Shown here piece by piece: positions 1 through 8,950 of a DNA stretch of 64,000 nt (its first letter is position 1; each line of letters opens with the position of its first letter). The notes under the pieces were generated by a model. That model was not told the origin of the DNA. It saw nothing but the letters and a program-made list of their open reading frames with translations, and made no database searches. Source of the DNA: a bacterium (GTDB lineage: Bacteria; Bacillota_I; Bacilli_A; RF39; UBA660); assembly GCA_022779465.1 (NCBI GenBank), contig JALFTB010000003.1, positions 638-64,637 of the forward strand, written 5' to 3'. The translations under genes and the position numbers were made by a program.

Positions 1-1595
1 TAAAGTTATCAGAAAGCGAATATCAAAACAATCCAAATATTTATTATAGTGGTTCACAAGCAGATCATGCTGTATCAATTATAGGTTGGGATGATAATTA
101 TGCAGCAAGTAATTTTGAAAATAGTTATGGAGGAGTACCTAAAGGTAATGGAGCATGGATTATTAAAAATTCATACGGAACTGAATATTATGCTAATAAA
201 GATGGAAAATTATCACCTATAAAAGACAGTGAATACACTATACCTGTAAAAATGGGAGATAAAGGTTATTATTATGTTTCTTACTATGATTCACAAATCT
301 GCAAGGCAGTAATGGCAGTAGATAATGTAACTCCAACTGTTGACACTAACACATATTCATACGATAAACCAATAGTTTCTTATCTTGGTACTAATAGTGG
401 TAAAAAAATCTTATTAATGTCAAAATATAAAAAACAAAAAAAAGATACAGAAATATTAGAATCATTTAATGTTTATACATTAGGAACTGATGATAATGTA
501 AAAATCTACTACGGAACAACAACAGATTTTTCTAAAGCAACACTTGTAGCCGAAGGAACAGCAGAGTTCGAAGGGTATAAAAATATTAAATCATCTAAAG
601 AATTAACAGTAGCAGATGAATATTATATTTTTATAGATTATACAAATAAAAGTTATAAATCCCCAATAAATCCAGTATATACTACTTCTTCAGCAAAAAA
701 ATATAAAGAGAGTCTTTTTTTTGATGAGAATCCTCAAAACGGAGTTTCATTCTATAGTTTTGATAATGGTAAAACATGGATTGATTCAATCGGGGATGGG
801 GTTAATTTATCAAATAGCTCAGGAACAGTTGATTTATTAAACTTCTATGTGCCTATCTCAGTATTCACTACAACTAAAGATTACAACTTATCAATCTCAA
901 CATCTACAGATAATACAATCAGTGCTGAAGATGGTGGCTCAGTAAGTGTAACCCTTGATTTAAAAAATGTTACTGGTGATATTACTACTAAAATCTATAA
1001 TTCAAATAAACAAGATGTAACAAATAAATTTAAAGTAACTAAAGATAGTAATAAATATACAATTGCTGGTATTGTTGGAACAACAACAGCAGGCACATAT
1101 ACAGCAGTATTTACATATAAAGATGCTGTAGCAGAAAAAACATTCAAAGTTACCTCAAAAGCACCATCAAATGTTTTGGTTGAAAAAATTACAATTGCTG
1201 GTAAAACTGAAGTAGTTGCAGGTGGATACTTAGTACTAGATGCAACTGTAACTCCAAAAGATGCTACAAATAAAGTCTTAACATGGTCAAGTAGTGATAT
1301 AAAAGTAGCTACAGTAGATCAAGAAGGTATCGTTAAAGCTGTAAATGAAGGAACTGCAACAATAACAGCTGAAGCTACTGATGGTTCAAAAGTAAAAGGA
1401 ACAATCAATATTAAAGTAATAGGTAAAAAAGTTGAACAAACAAGCAACGATGTAAAAGATGACACAAATAAAGACCCTGAAAAAAGCCCAGAAACTGGCT
1501 TAACATCAATTACAACAGCTTTACTTATCACAATGTTACTAAGCGTTATTGCTTATGTAGTATTCAAAAAGAAAAATTTATTTAAGAGAGTTTAA
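1..1595 (+). CDS. Surface papain-like (C1) cysteine protease, C-terminal part, with lectin-like and Ig-like (Big_2) domains and an SPETG sorting signal; 5' end lies upstream of the window
   Basis: The frame is open from position 3 and reads DHAVSIIGWDDNY...GAWIIKNSYG...MGDKGYYYVSYYD (catalytic His/Asn motifs of C1 proteases). It then contains a Big_2 motif (TVTPKDATNKVLTWSSSD..VATVDQEG) and ends SPETG-TM-KKKNLFKRV. Confidence 0.85.
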   Translation, partial: KLSESEYQNNPNIYYSGSQADHAVSIIGWDDNYAASNFENSYGGVPKGNGAWIIKNSYGTEYYANKDGKLSPIKDSEYTIPVKMGDKGYYYVSYYDSQICKAVMAVDNVTPTVDTNTYSYDKPIVSYLGTNSGKKILLMSKYKKQKKDTEILESFNVYTLGTDDNVKIYYGTTTDFSKATLVAEGTAEFEGYKNIKSSKELTVADEYYIFIDYTNKSYKSPINPVYTTSSAKKYKESLFFDENPQNGVSFYSFDNGKTWIDSIGDGVNLSNSSGTVDLLNFYVPISVFTTTKDYNLSISTSTDNTISAEDGGSVSVTLDLKNVTGDITTKIYNSNKQDVTNKFKVTKDSNKYTIAGIVGTTTAGTYTAVFTYKDAVAEKTFKVTSKAPSNVLVEKITIAGKTEVVAGGYLVLDATVTPKDATNKVLTWSSSDIKVATVDQEGIVKAVNEGTATITAEATDGSKVKGTINIKVIGKKVEQTSNDVKDDTNKDPEKSPETGLTSITTALLITMLLSVIAYVVFKKKNLFKRV

Positions 1596-1612
1596 TTTTT
1601 AAACTCTTTTTT
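1587..1612 (+). terminator. Intrinsic terminator
   Basis: AGAGTTT/AAACTCT hairpin followed by a T-run at the stop codon. Confidence 0.6.
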
Positions 1613-1668
1613 CTTGCAATAAAATAATATAATAGTTACAATATAAATTGAAAAGAAGGTGTTTGATT

Positions 1669-2946
1669 ATGCGTAAAATAAGTTTACTTCCTGCTGACTC
1701 ATATACAGTTATAAATAAAACCCTTCTAACGGACTTAGATAAAAAGAATTTAATTAATCTATACGAACCAATCGTTGGCTGTCTTGCTATTAGCCTTTAT
1801 TTAACCCTTTGGAGCGATTTGGACAAGACTGAAACAATTAGTAAAGATTTTACTCATCATCACCTAATGACCTTCCTAAAAGCCAAATTAGACTATATTA
1901 AAGAGGCTAGAGAATCTCTAGAAGCAGTTGGCTTAATTAAAACCTATATTAAACAAGATAAAGATATAAATCATTATATCTATGAATTATATTCTCCAAT
2001 TAGTGCCTATGATTTTTTTAATCATCCAGTTTTAAATGTTGTTTTATATAATAACATTGGTGAAAATGAATATAAAACCCTAGTAAAATCATATCGTAAA
2101 ATAACCACTAAATATGATGATTATGAAGATATTTCATGCAAATTAAATGAAACCTTTAAAAGTACTTTAGGTAACGGTTTTAATGCCGAAGAAATTAAGG
2201 CCAAAGAAGAAGCTAAGATCAATATTGGCTCACTAATTGACTTTGATTTATTAAGAGAATCAATACCTAATAATATCCTAAATGATAAAGCCTTAAATAA
2301 ACGCAGTAAAGAACTAATCAATTCCTTGGCGTTCGTTTATAATTTAGACACCATTAAACTAAGTGAAATATTAAGATTAACCATAGATGAAAATGGTATG
2401 ATTAATAAAGAATCTCTAGTTAAAGAAGTAAGAAAATATTATGAATATAATAATGGTGGATCACTACCAACTTTAATCTATCGTACCCAACCAGATTATT
2501 TAAAATCTCCAGAAGGTAACTTATCTAACAAGGGAAAAATGATTTATATTTTTGAAAACACTTCTCCATATGATTTCTTAAGAAGTAAATATAAGAATAA
2601 TAATCCAGCTCCTCGAGATTTAAAACTACTTGAATATTTAGCAATAGATTTAAATATGACTCCTGCCGTTATTAATGTCTTAATAGATTATGTCTTAAGA
2701 ATTAACGATAATAAACTAACTAAATCTTATGTTGAAACTATTGCTGGACAATGGACAAGACTTGGTATTAAAACTGCCACTGGAGCCATGACTCAAGCAG
2801 AAAAAGAATATAAGAAAACACCTAAAAAAGAAATAAAGAAAGAAGTAAAAGTACCAGTCTGGTTTAATAATCAACCACAGAAAGAAGAAGAGTTACCAGA
2901 TGAAGAAAAGAAAGCTTTAGAATCACTTCTAGGAAGGTTTGAATAA
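1669..2946 (+). CDS. dnaB: Replication initiation/membrane attachment protein DnaB (Firmicutes type, DnaD-like domains)
   Basis: LYEPIVG..AISLYLTL, LEAVGLIKTY, YELYSP...FFNHP.L and VINVLIDYVL...YVETIAGQW motifs; coupled to dnaI. The ATG at 1669 follows an AAGGTG RBS. Confidence 0.9.
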   Translation: MRKISLLPADSYTVINKTLLTDLDKKNLINLYEPIVGCLAISLYLTLWSDLDKTETISKDFTHHHLMTFLKAKLDYIKEARESLEAVGLIKTYIKQDKDINHYIYELYSPISAYDFFNHPVLNVVLYNNIGENEYKTLVKSYRKITTKYDDYEDISCKLNETFKSTLGNGFNAEEIKAKEEAKINIGSLIDFDLLRESIPNNILNDKALNKRSKELINSLAFVYNLDTIKLSEILRLTIDENGMINKESLVKEVRKYYEYNNGGSLPTLIYRTQPDYLKSPEGNLSNKGKMIYIFENTSPYDFLRSKYKNNNPAPRDLKLLEYLAIDLNMTPAVINVLIDYVLRINDNKLTKSYVETIAGQWTRLGIKTATGAMTQAEKEYKKTPKKEIKKEVKVPVWFNNQPQKEEELPDEEKKALESLLGRFE

Positions 2947-3860
2947 TGGAAAATATTAATGAATCATTTACAAAATATACAAGATCAAACTTAGATGCTA
3001 TGCTAAAAAAAGATTATGCCACAGCCGTAAAGAATCCTGAATTTAAAAAATTAGTAAACACTTTAAAGATTAAAGAAAATGTTGCATATAAATATACATC
3101 AAAATTAGAAAGAACTGTTTGTGAGCTAAATAATTGTTCCAATTGTAAAAGCCTTCATACATGTCAAAATAAAGTAGAGGGAACGGTTTACTATCCAACT
3201 ATTAAAGATGAAAAACTAGAATTTAATTATGTTGCTTGTAAATATAAAAAGAAAGATATTAAACAAAAAGAAGAAATAAAATCCAAATTCTTTGAAATGC
3301 CATATCACATTAAAATGGCTAAAATGTCTAACATTGAAATAAATTCAACCAGAGCTAAAATAATTAAATGGATTAATAAATTCTATGATGATTTTAAATC
3401 AGGCAAACAAACTAAAGGACTATATCTAAGTGGATCATTTGGTAGTGGTAAAACCTATATCTTAAGTGCTCTTTTAAATGAATTATCTAAACTTAATTAT
3501 TCTTGTATAATAGTTTATTATCCAGAACTATTAAGAAGCATTAAAGAATCATTTAATAGTGATGATTACAATGAAAGAATAAATGAAATCAAAAAATGTG
3601 ATTTATTACTTTTAGATGATATTGGTGCTGAAACAACAACTCCATGGAATAGAGATGAAATTTTAGGGACTATTCTTCAATATCGTATGGATAATAAAAA
3701 AGCCACATTCTTTACTTCAAACTTAAATATTAAAGAATTAGAAAATCACTTTATTACAAGCAATAAAGATGAAGAAGTAATTAAAGCAAGAAGAATTATA
3801 GAAAGAGTTAAATATTTAACAGATGAACTAGAATTAATTGGCGAAAATAAACGAAAATAA
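2946..3860 (+). CDS. dnaI: Primosomal helicase loader DnaI
   Basis: N-terminal CxxC zinc motif, Walker A GSFGSGKT, LLLLDDIGAE...WNRDEILGTILQYRM and TFFTSN. Confidence 0.93.
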   Translation: MENINESFTKYTRSNLDAMLKKDYATAVKNPEFKKLVNTLKIKENVAYKYTSKLERTVCELNNCSNCKSLHTCQNKVEGTVYYPTIKDEKLEFNYVACKYKKKDIKQKEEIKSKFFEMPYHIKMAKMSNIEINSTRAKIIKWINKFYDDFKSGKQTKGLYLSGSFGSGKTYILSALLNELSKLNYSCIIVYYPELLRSIKESFNSDDYNERINEIKKCDLLLLDDIGAETTTPWNRDEILGTILQYRMDNKKATFFTSNLNIKELENHFITSNKDEEVIKARRIIERVKYLTDELELIGENKRK

Positions 3861-3880
3861 GCGATATTTTCGCTTTTTTT
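3859..3880 (+). terminator. Intrinsic terminator after dnaI
   Basis: AAGCGA-tattt-TCGCTT hairpin followed by a T-run. Confidence 0.7.
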
Positions 3881-3931
3881 ATTGAAAGATTAATTATCCT
3901 GTATTACAATGAAAAAAGAATAGGTGAGCAA

Positions 3932-4432
3932 ATGAAGAAAATATTATTAATCTTAATTTTATTATTTCCTTGTCTAACTTATGCTGATAGTACTTTATTA
4001 AAAGATAACCCTAATGCTAAAATAGATTGTTATAGCACTGAAAATAATAATGAAAATATTTCACTTGCTACTAAAGGAACCTATTATGAATGTGTAGCCA
4101 TCATTTGTGAAAATGGCAAAAACAAAGAATTTATCAAAAACGAATTTACTCAAAATATAACTTGTCAAAACAATAATAAACCAACATATAACTTAGAAAT
4201 TCCTAATAATCTTTATCCTATTAATTCATCATGTCAGCAAAGTAGTGCAGTAGATGAAGAAACCAAAGGTTATGCCTTTATAATTAAAAAATACACCTAT
4301 GATTGTGATGCCACAATTAAAAGTCCCGATACTGGAGTAAATAACTATTATTTGGTTCTAGGTATTTTAATTGGTGTATTTACAATTGTCTTATCAATAA
4401 TTAATAAGAAAAATGTATTTAAAAAGATTTGA
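3932..4432 (+). CDS. Secreted Cys-rich surface protein with SPDTG sorting signal
   Basis: Signal peptide, six Cys in the mature domain, and a C-terminal SPDTG-TM-KKNVFKKI tail. Confidence 0.75.
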   Translation: MKKILLILILLFPCLTYADSTLLKDNPNAKIDCYSTENNNENISLATKGTYYECVAIICENGKNKEFIKNEFTQNITCQNNNKPTYNLEIPNNLYPINSSCQQSSAVDEETKGYAFIIKKYTYDCDATIKSPDTGVNNYYLVLGILIGVFTIVLSIINKKNVFKKI

Positions 4433-4518
4433 ATATTAATAATTATGTGATATTATTAATATAGATCTTGGTCTAAAATAATACCCAGATGGTATTATTT
4501 TTTTGAAAGAGGATAATT

Positions 4519-5730
4519 ATGAAAAAATTAAAATATTTATTAATAGTAACTTTATTATTTCCTATTACCGTATTTGCTACCAATCAAAATACTGAAGTAG
4601 GAACAAACATGTCATGGGATCAATGTATTGCCAATACCGATACTGCCTTTAGTAGTAATGGTCATGGTTATTATTCTCAATGTAAGAAAATATCTTGTTT
4701 AACTGGAACCTATACTCAAGAATATTTATTTTCAAGTAAGTTAGTAACTTGTACTAATGGAAATAAAGATATGTATACAAGATTAATTAGAACCGGTTGT
4801 GGAGGTTATCAAGGATCTTGTTCACCAACCGTTGATGTTAAATATTGTAGTTATGTTATGTATTTTGATTGTACATTAACAAGTAATGGAAGTACCTATA
4901 TAGGAAAAACTACCATAACTCCAACTGTTACTACGACAACAACTACTAGAAGAACTACAACTACCAGAAGAACAACCACAACAAGAAGACATACAACAAC
5001 CAGAAGAGCCACCACAACAACTCCAAGAAAAACTACTAAACCTGCAGGTACAACAACTACAACTACAACTACGACAGTTAAAAGTAATAATGCTTACTTA
5101 CAATCATTAAAATTAACACCTGGAGAAATACAATTTAATAAAGAAACATTAGAGTATACAATATCAGTTGATAAAAACGTTAAAGATATTATAGTCGAAG
5201 CTATACCAGAATCAGCTACAGCAACTGTTAAAATCAAAAATAATGAAAAAATAAGCTCTAAAAAGCCAATATACGTTATCGTAACAGCCGAAGATGGAAT
5301 AACTAAACTAGAATATAAAATAAATCTTGAAATAACAGATAATGGACCTAAATTATCGTCAAATAGTAAACTATCATCATTAACTATTAAAGGATATAAT
5401 CTTAACTTTAAACCAGAAGTCAAAGAATATAAAATAAAAATAGATAAAGATGTTAATGCCTTAGATATAGAAGCAACTCCAGAAGATGCAAAAGCCAAAT
5501 ATGAAATAACTGGTAATGAACAATTAAAAAATAAAAGTAAAATAACTATTAAAGTAACTGCCGAAGATGAAACCACAACTGACTACATAATCACAATAAA
5601 AAAAGGTGGAAGTAACATAATTGTTATTATTCTAATTATTATTGTTCTAGGCATTGCCGGAGTAGTTGGATTTAAATTAATAAGAAACCTAATACCAGCA
5701 AAGGAAGATGAAAATTATGACTATGAATAA
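4519..5730 (+). CDS. Membrane-anchored surface protein: Cys-rich domain, Thr/Arg linker, two cadherin-like beta-sandwich domains, C-terminal TM
   Basis: Signal peptide; two repeats of the SNNAYLQSL...F....EY.I.V...VTAEDG..Y.I type, characteristic of cadherin-like beta-sandwich domains. Confidence 0.8.
   Translation: MKKLKYLLIVTLLFPITVFATNQNTEVGTNMSWDQCIANTDTAFSSNGHGYYSQCKKISCLTGTYTQEYLFSSKLVTCTNGNKDMYTRLIRTGCGGYQGSCSPTVDVKYCSYVMYFDCTLTSNGSTYIGKTTITPTVTTTTTTRRTTTTRRTTTTRRHTTTRRATTTTPRKTTKPAGTTTTTTTTTVKSNNAYLQSLKLTPGEIQFNKETLEYTISVDKNVKDIIVEAIPESATATVKIKNNEKISSKKPIYVIVTAEDGITKLEYKINLEITDNGPKLSSNSKLSSLTIKGYNLNFKPEVKEYKIKIDKDVNALDIEATPEDAKAKYEITGNEQLKNKSKITIKVTAEDETTTDYIITIKKGGSNIIVIILIIIVLGIAGVVGFKLIRNLIPAKEDENYDYE
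4927..5076 (+). repeat. Low-complexity (TTTTRR)n-like linker
   Basis: Translated as TTTTTTRRTTTTRRTTTTRRHTTTRRATTTT...TTTTTTTTT. Confidence 0.85.
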
Positions 5731-6277
5731 AAAATCAACTCTAATAATTGTCTTATTATTTATATTAAGCATTACATCTTTTACTATCAGTAAAGATTTA
5801 AATAATAAAGAAGTTAAAACTGTAACTAATGAAACAATTGCTATAACTTTAGATGAATATGCTCCAGAAAATAAAGAAATTAAAATGTTAGCTGATAAAA
5901 ATAATACTGAGCCAGTCGCATCAAACTTTTGTAAAGATGTTCAACCAACTTTAAGAATAATGTATTATGTCATAATTGTCTTAAAAATAATGGTTCCTCT
6001 TGGAATAATCTTTATGGGTTCCTTTGACTTTTATAATGCTGTAACTGGTGGTAATGCTGATAATCTAAAAAAAGAAGCAATTATCCTCGGAAAAAGATGC
6101 CTTACTGGTCTAATAATCTTCTTTGCCCCAACGCTAATTAATTTAGTAATTAATGCAGCTGACCCAAGTCCAAGTGATTATAAGAAATGTACTGACTGTA
6201 TTTTTGATGGAACTTGTGATAATACCAGCTTTAATACCAACATGCAAACCAAAACAACAACTAAAAAGTCTAAGTAA
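5708..6277 (+). CDS. VirB2/TrbC-like T4SS pilin with N-terminal extension
   Basis: Two-TM hairpin LKIMVPLGIIFMGSFDFYNAV...LKKE...KRCLTGLIIFFAPTLI, homologous by eye to ORFs at 8165 and 8585. Confidence 0.7.
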   Translation: MKIMTMNKKSTLIIVLLFILSITSFTISKDLNNKEVKTVTNETIAITLDEYAPENKEIKMLADKNNTEPVASNFCKDVQPTLRIMYYVIIVLKIMVPLGIIFMGSFDFYNAVTGGNADNLKKEAIILGKRCLTGLIIFFAPTLINLVINAADPSPSDYKKCTDCIFDGTCDNTSFNTNMQTKTTTKKSK

Positions 6278-6294
6278 CCAAATGAAAAATTTTA

Positions 6295-6318
6295 AAAGTA
6301 TCAAATGATACTTTTTTT
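6295..6318 (+). terminator. Intrinsic terminator
   Basis: AAAGTATC-aaat-GATACTTT hairpin plus a T-run. Confidence 0.65.
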
Positions 6319-6319
6319 A

Positions 6320-6348
6320 TTGATAACCCTAAAAAAATGATATATAAT
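6320..6348 (+). promoter_or_regulatory. Sigma-A-type promoter
   Basis: TTGATA-N17-TATAAT upstream of the AGGAGG RBS of ORF 6381. Confidence 0.7.
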
Positions 6349-6380
6349 AAGTATATATTACGATAGGAGGAATGTAGAAT

Positions 6381-6614
6381 ATGAAAGAAGCATCAGGTGA
6401 ATTAAGCATGACTGCAGTAGCAGTAGTTGCTATCGCTGCAATAGGAGTAGTATTTACTACCCTTATTTGGCCAACAATTAAAGAAAATATTAAAAGAAAC
6501 ACTTATTGTACTCAAGCATTTGATTGCGATAATTGTTCAGATGGTACGTGTACTTGTTATTACCTTGATGAAAACGATACTAAACAACCAGTAACATGTC
6601 CGGAAAAAAAATAG
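6381..6614 (+). CDS. Small Flp-like pilin candidate with Cys-rich tail
   Basis: Short leader MKEASG, one hydrophobic helix, an amphipathic continuation and six Cys; strong RBS. The canonical Flp E+5/Y motif is not matched. Confidence 0.45.
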   Translation: MKEASGELSMTAVAVVAIAAIGVVFTTLIWPTIKENIKRNTYCTQAFDCDNCSDGTCTCYYLDENDTKQPVTCPEKK

Positions 6615-6624
6615 GTGATTAAGA

Positions 6625-7077
6625 ATGAGAGAGGCAATAGGTGGAACATGGTTGTTTACTATTGTTATAGTATTTATTGTCTTGTTTTCTAGTTATTTAG
6701 CTATTTCGGTTAATTATTCAAAAGCATTTAAAGTAAAAAATGGAATAGTAGATTTAATAGAACAAAACGAGGGTTTGAGTTCTGAAACACAAACCCAAAT
6801 TTCTAACTATCTAGATAAAACAGGATACTTTGTTTATGGCGAATGCAATTCAAAAGCAGGTGAAAAAGGTTATGAATCTAAAGGTGCTGGTAACAATTAT
6901 AAATACTGCATAGTAAAAACAAATGCAGCTAATGAAGAGTTGGTTGCAGGATCAACCGTAGAAAGAGCATATTATAAAGTAAAAGTATTCTTTAGATTAG
7001 ACTTACCAGTTCTAGGTGATATATTTACATTCCCAGTTACTGGGCAAACTAAAGCTATATACTATGCAAAAGATTAA
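6625..7077 (+). CDS. TadE/pseudopilin-like single-TM protein
   Basis: Leader MREAIGG followed by a TM and helix; the C-terminal beta region YKVKVFFRLDLPVLG..FTFPVTGQT resembles TadE-like C-termini. Confidence 0.45.
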   Translation: MREAIGGTWLFTIVIVFIVLFSSYLAISVNYSKAFKVKNGIVDLIEQNEGLSSETQTQISNYLDKTGYFVYGECNSKAGEKGYESKGAGNNYKYCIVKTNAANEELVAGSTVERAYYKVKVFFRLDLPVLGDIFTFPVTGQTKAIYYAKD

Positions 7078-7089
7078 GAGGATGATGAT

Positions 7090-8103
7090 ATGAACATAAT
7101 AATAAAAAACAGAAATAGGGTAATAGATAATGCACAAATCGAGGTGCTAAAAACCTTAACTGGAGAATTTGAGAGAAAAGACTTAGAAGAACAATTAGTT
7201 AATCTAACTTTCAATAAAGTTATTATCGATATTACAGCTATTAAAAATTATTATGACCCTACATCACTTTTCTATTTCTTATCATATTTTGATGTAAATA
7301 AAGTAATATTACTTTTAGATGATAGTCCTTTAGTAAATAATAATGAATTCTTAACATCATTAATAGATAAAGGTTATTATAACTTTACCAGAAATACTTC
7401 AGGAATAAACTATCTAATAGATCATCCAAACAAATATGAAGATGTGGTAAAATATAAACAAGTAACAATTCAAAGTGCGTTTAATCCCATCGCTGGAAAC
7501 TTAAATGAAATAAAACCTTCATCATCTGCTGAGCAAGTAAATTATCAAAAAAGCAAAAATCAAAAAGTAATTGGAATCCAAAATCTAACTGAACATGCTG
7601 GATCAACAACACTAATGTATATGATGGTAAAACATCTATCACCAAATTATAAAGTAAAAGGCATTGAAATGATGAAACAAGATTCACTTTACTTTAGAGA
7701 TAATAATATACTTTACGCAACATCCTTAGAAGATCTAAAAATGCGTTTATCTTCCTTAAAAGATTTAGACGTAATTATTATAGATTTAAATGATATAGAT
7801 GGTAGAGATATCTGTGATGAAATATTATTTCTTGTTGACCCCGGAATCGTAAAATTAAATAAATTACTTAAAGGCGGTTCAATCGTTTATGAAAGAATTC
7901 AAAATGGTAAAGTAGTACTTAATCGAAGTGCTATATTACAACAAGAAGTAAATACCTTTGAATATGAAACAAAATTAAAAGTATTTTTAAACATTCCTAA
8001 TATTAACGACCGTAAAGATAATAATGCCTCAATAAATGCATTATTAGTTAAATTAGGCTTTAATAAACAATCAGGTCATGGATTATTTAGTTCATTTAAA
8101 TAA
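7090..8103 (+). CDS. CpaE/TadZ-like protein (receiver-like N-domain plus degenerate ParA/MinD ATPase)
   Basis: C-terminal half has KVIGIQNLTEHAGSTTL (deviant Walker A without Lys), DVIIIDL and VVLNR; alpha/beta N-terminal domain. Confidence 0.5.
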   Translation: MNIIIKNRNRVIDNAQIEVLKTLTGEFERKDLEEQLVNLTFNKVIIDITAIKNYYDPTSLFYFLSYFDVNKVILLLDDSPLVNNNEFLTSLIDKGYYNFTRNTSGINYLIDHPNKYEDVVKYKQVTIQSAFNPIAGNLNEIKPSSSAEQVNYQKSKNQKVIGIQNLTEHAGSTTLMYMMVKHLSPNYKVKGIEMMKQDSLYFRDNNILYATSLEDLKMRLSSLKDLDVIIIDLNDIDGRDICDEILFLVDPGIVKLNKLLKGGSIVYERIQNGKVVLNRSAILQQEVNTFEYETKLKVFLNIPNINDRKDNNASINALLVKLGFNKQSGHGLFSSFK

Positions 8104-8107
8104 TTAA

Positions 8108-8136
8108 TTGACAATAATAATAAAATAATATAAAAT
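8108..8136 (+). promoter_or_regulatory. Near-consensus sigma-A promoter for the 8165 pilin
   Basis: TTGACA (8108-8113), 17-nt spacer, TAAAAT (8131-8136); AAGGAG RBS downstream. Confidence 0.75.
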
Positions 8137-8164
8137 TAAAAGAGAAGTAAGGAGAGATAATAAA

Positions 8165-8494
8165 ATGGGTTCACTAAGTTCACTTTGTACAGAAGCTAAA
8201 GATATTCTTGCATTTGCCGGATGGATTTTAACATTCTTTAAAATTGCTATACCTTTATTAATAATCGGTTTAGGTATGTTTGATTTTGGAAAAGCTGTAG
8301 TTTCAAGTAAAGATGATGAAATCAAAAAATCTGCTAAAACATTAATGTACCGTGCAATTGCTGGTATTGTAATTTTCTTTGTACCTTCATTAGTAGTATG
8401 GTTATTTCAAACTGTCGGTAGTTTTAACGATGCTGCAAATGCAACTAATTTTGATGATTGTAAAAAGTGCATTTTAACACCTTGGAGTTGTTAA
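8165..8494 (+). CDS. VirB2/TrbC-like T4SS pilin (probable major subunit)
   Basis: Two-TM hairpin FKIAIPLLIIGLGMFDFGKAVVSSKDDEIKKSAKTLMYRAIAGIVIFFVPSLV; has its own promoter and terminator. Confidence 0.75.
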   Translation: MGSLSSLCTEAKDILAFAGWILTFFKIAIPLLIIGLGMFDFGKAVVSSKDDEIKKSAKTLMYRAIAGIVIFFVPSLVVWLFQTVGSFNDAANATNFDDCKKCILTPWSC

Positions 8495-8505
8495 ATATAG
8501 TAACT

Positions 8506-8533
8506 AAAAAACAACTTTACTGTTGTTTTTTTT
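8506..8533 (+). terminator. Intrinsic terminator after the pilin
   Basis: AAAAACAAC-tttact-GTTGTTTTT hairpin plus further Ts. Confidence 0.7.
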
Positions 8534-8584
8534 TATGATATAATTTTGAATGGTATATTATATAGAGAATTAGGTGAATATTCT

Positions 8585-8950
8585 ATGAAAAAAATAAAAA
8601 CTTTTATGTATATTACTATACTTTATTTATTAAAAGCAAATTATGTTTTAGCTGCTCAAAAACCAACTGGCAATGCTAATGATTGTTCTGGTGTTTTAGC
8701 TGGTTTAAAACCAGATTTAGATAATATTTTTAAAGCTATGAAGATAATTGGACCAATTATTGTATTTGCTTTAACTGTTTATGAATATGCCATGGCAATC
8801 TTCTCTAAAGATGCTGAAGGATTAAAAAAATGTAATAGTAGATTAACAACTCGTTTAATTCTTATAGCAATATTGGTATTTTTACCAACATTAATAAACT
8901 TATTACTAGGACTTTTAGATCCTAGTTATGAAACATGTGTAGTTGGGTAG
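8585..8950 (+). CDS. VirB2/TrbC-like T4SS pilin with signal peptide
   Basis: ATG at 8585 after AGGTG; signal peptide ending VLA; MKIIGPIIVFALTVYEYAMAIFSKDAEGLKKC..RLTTRLILIAILVFLPTLI. Confidence 0.7.
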   Translation: MKKIKTFMYITILYLLKANYVLAAQKPTGNANDCSGVLAGLKPDLDNIFKAMKIIGPIIVFALTVYEYAMAIFSKDAEGLKKCNSRLTTRLILIAILVFLPTLINLLLGLLDPSYETCVVG

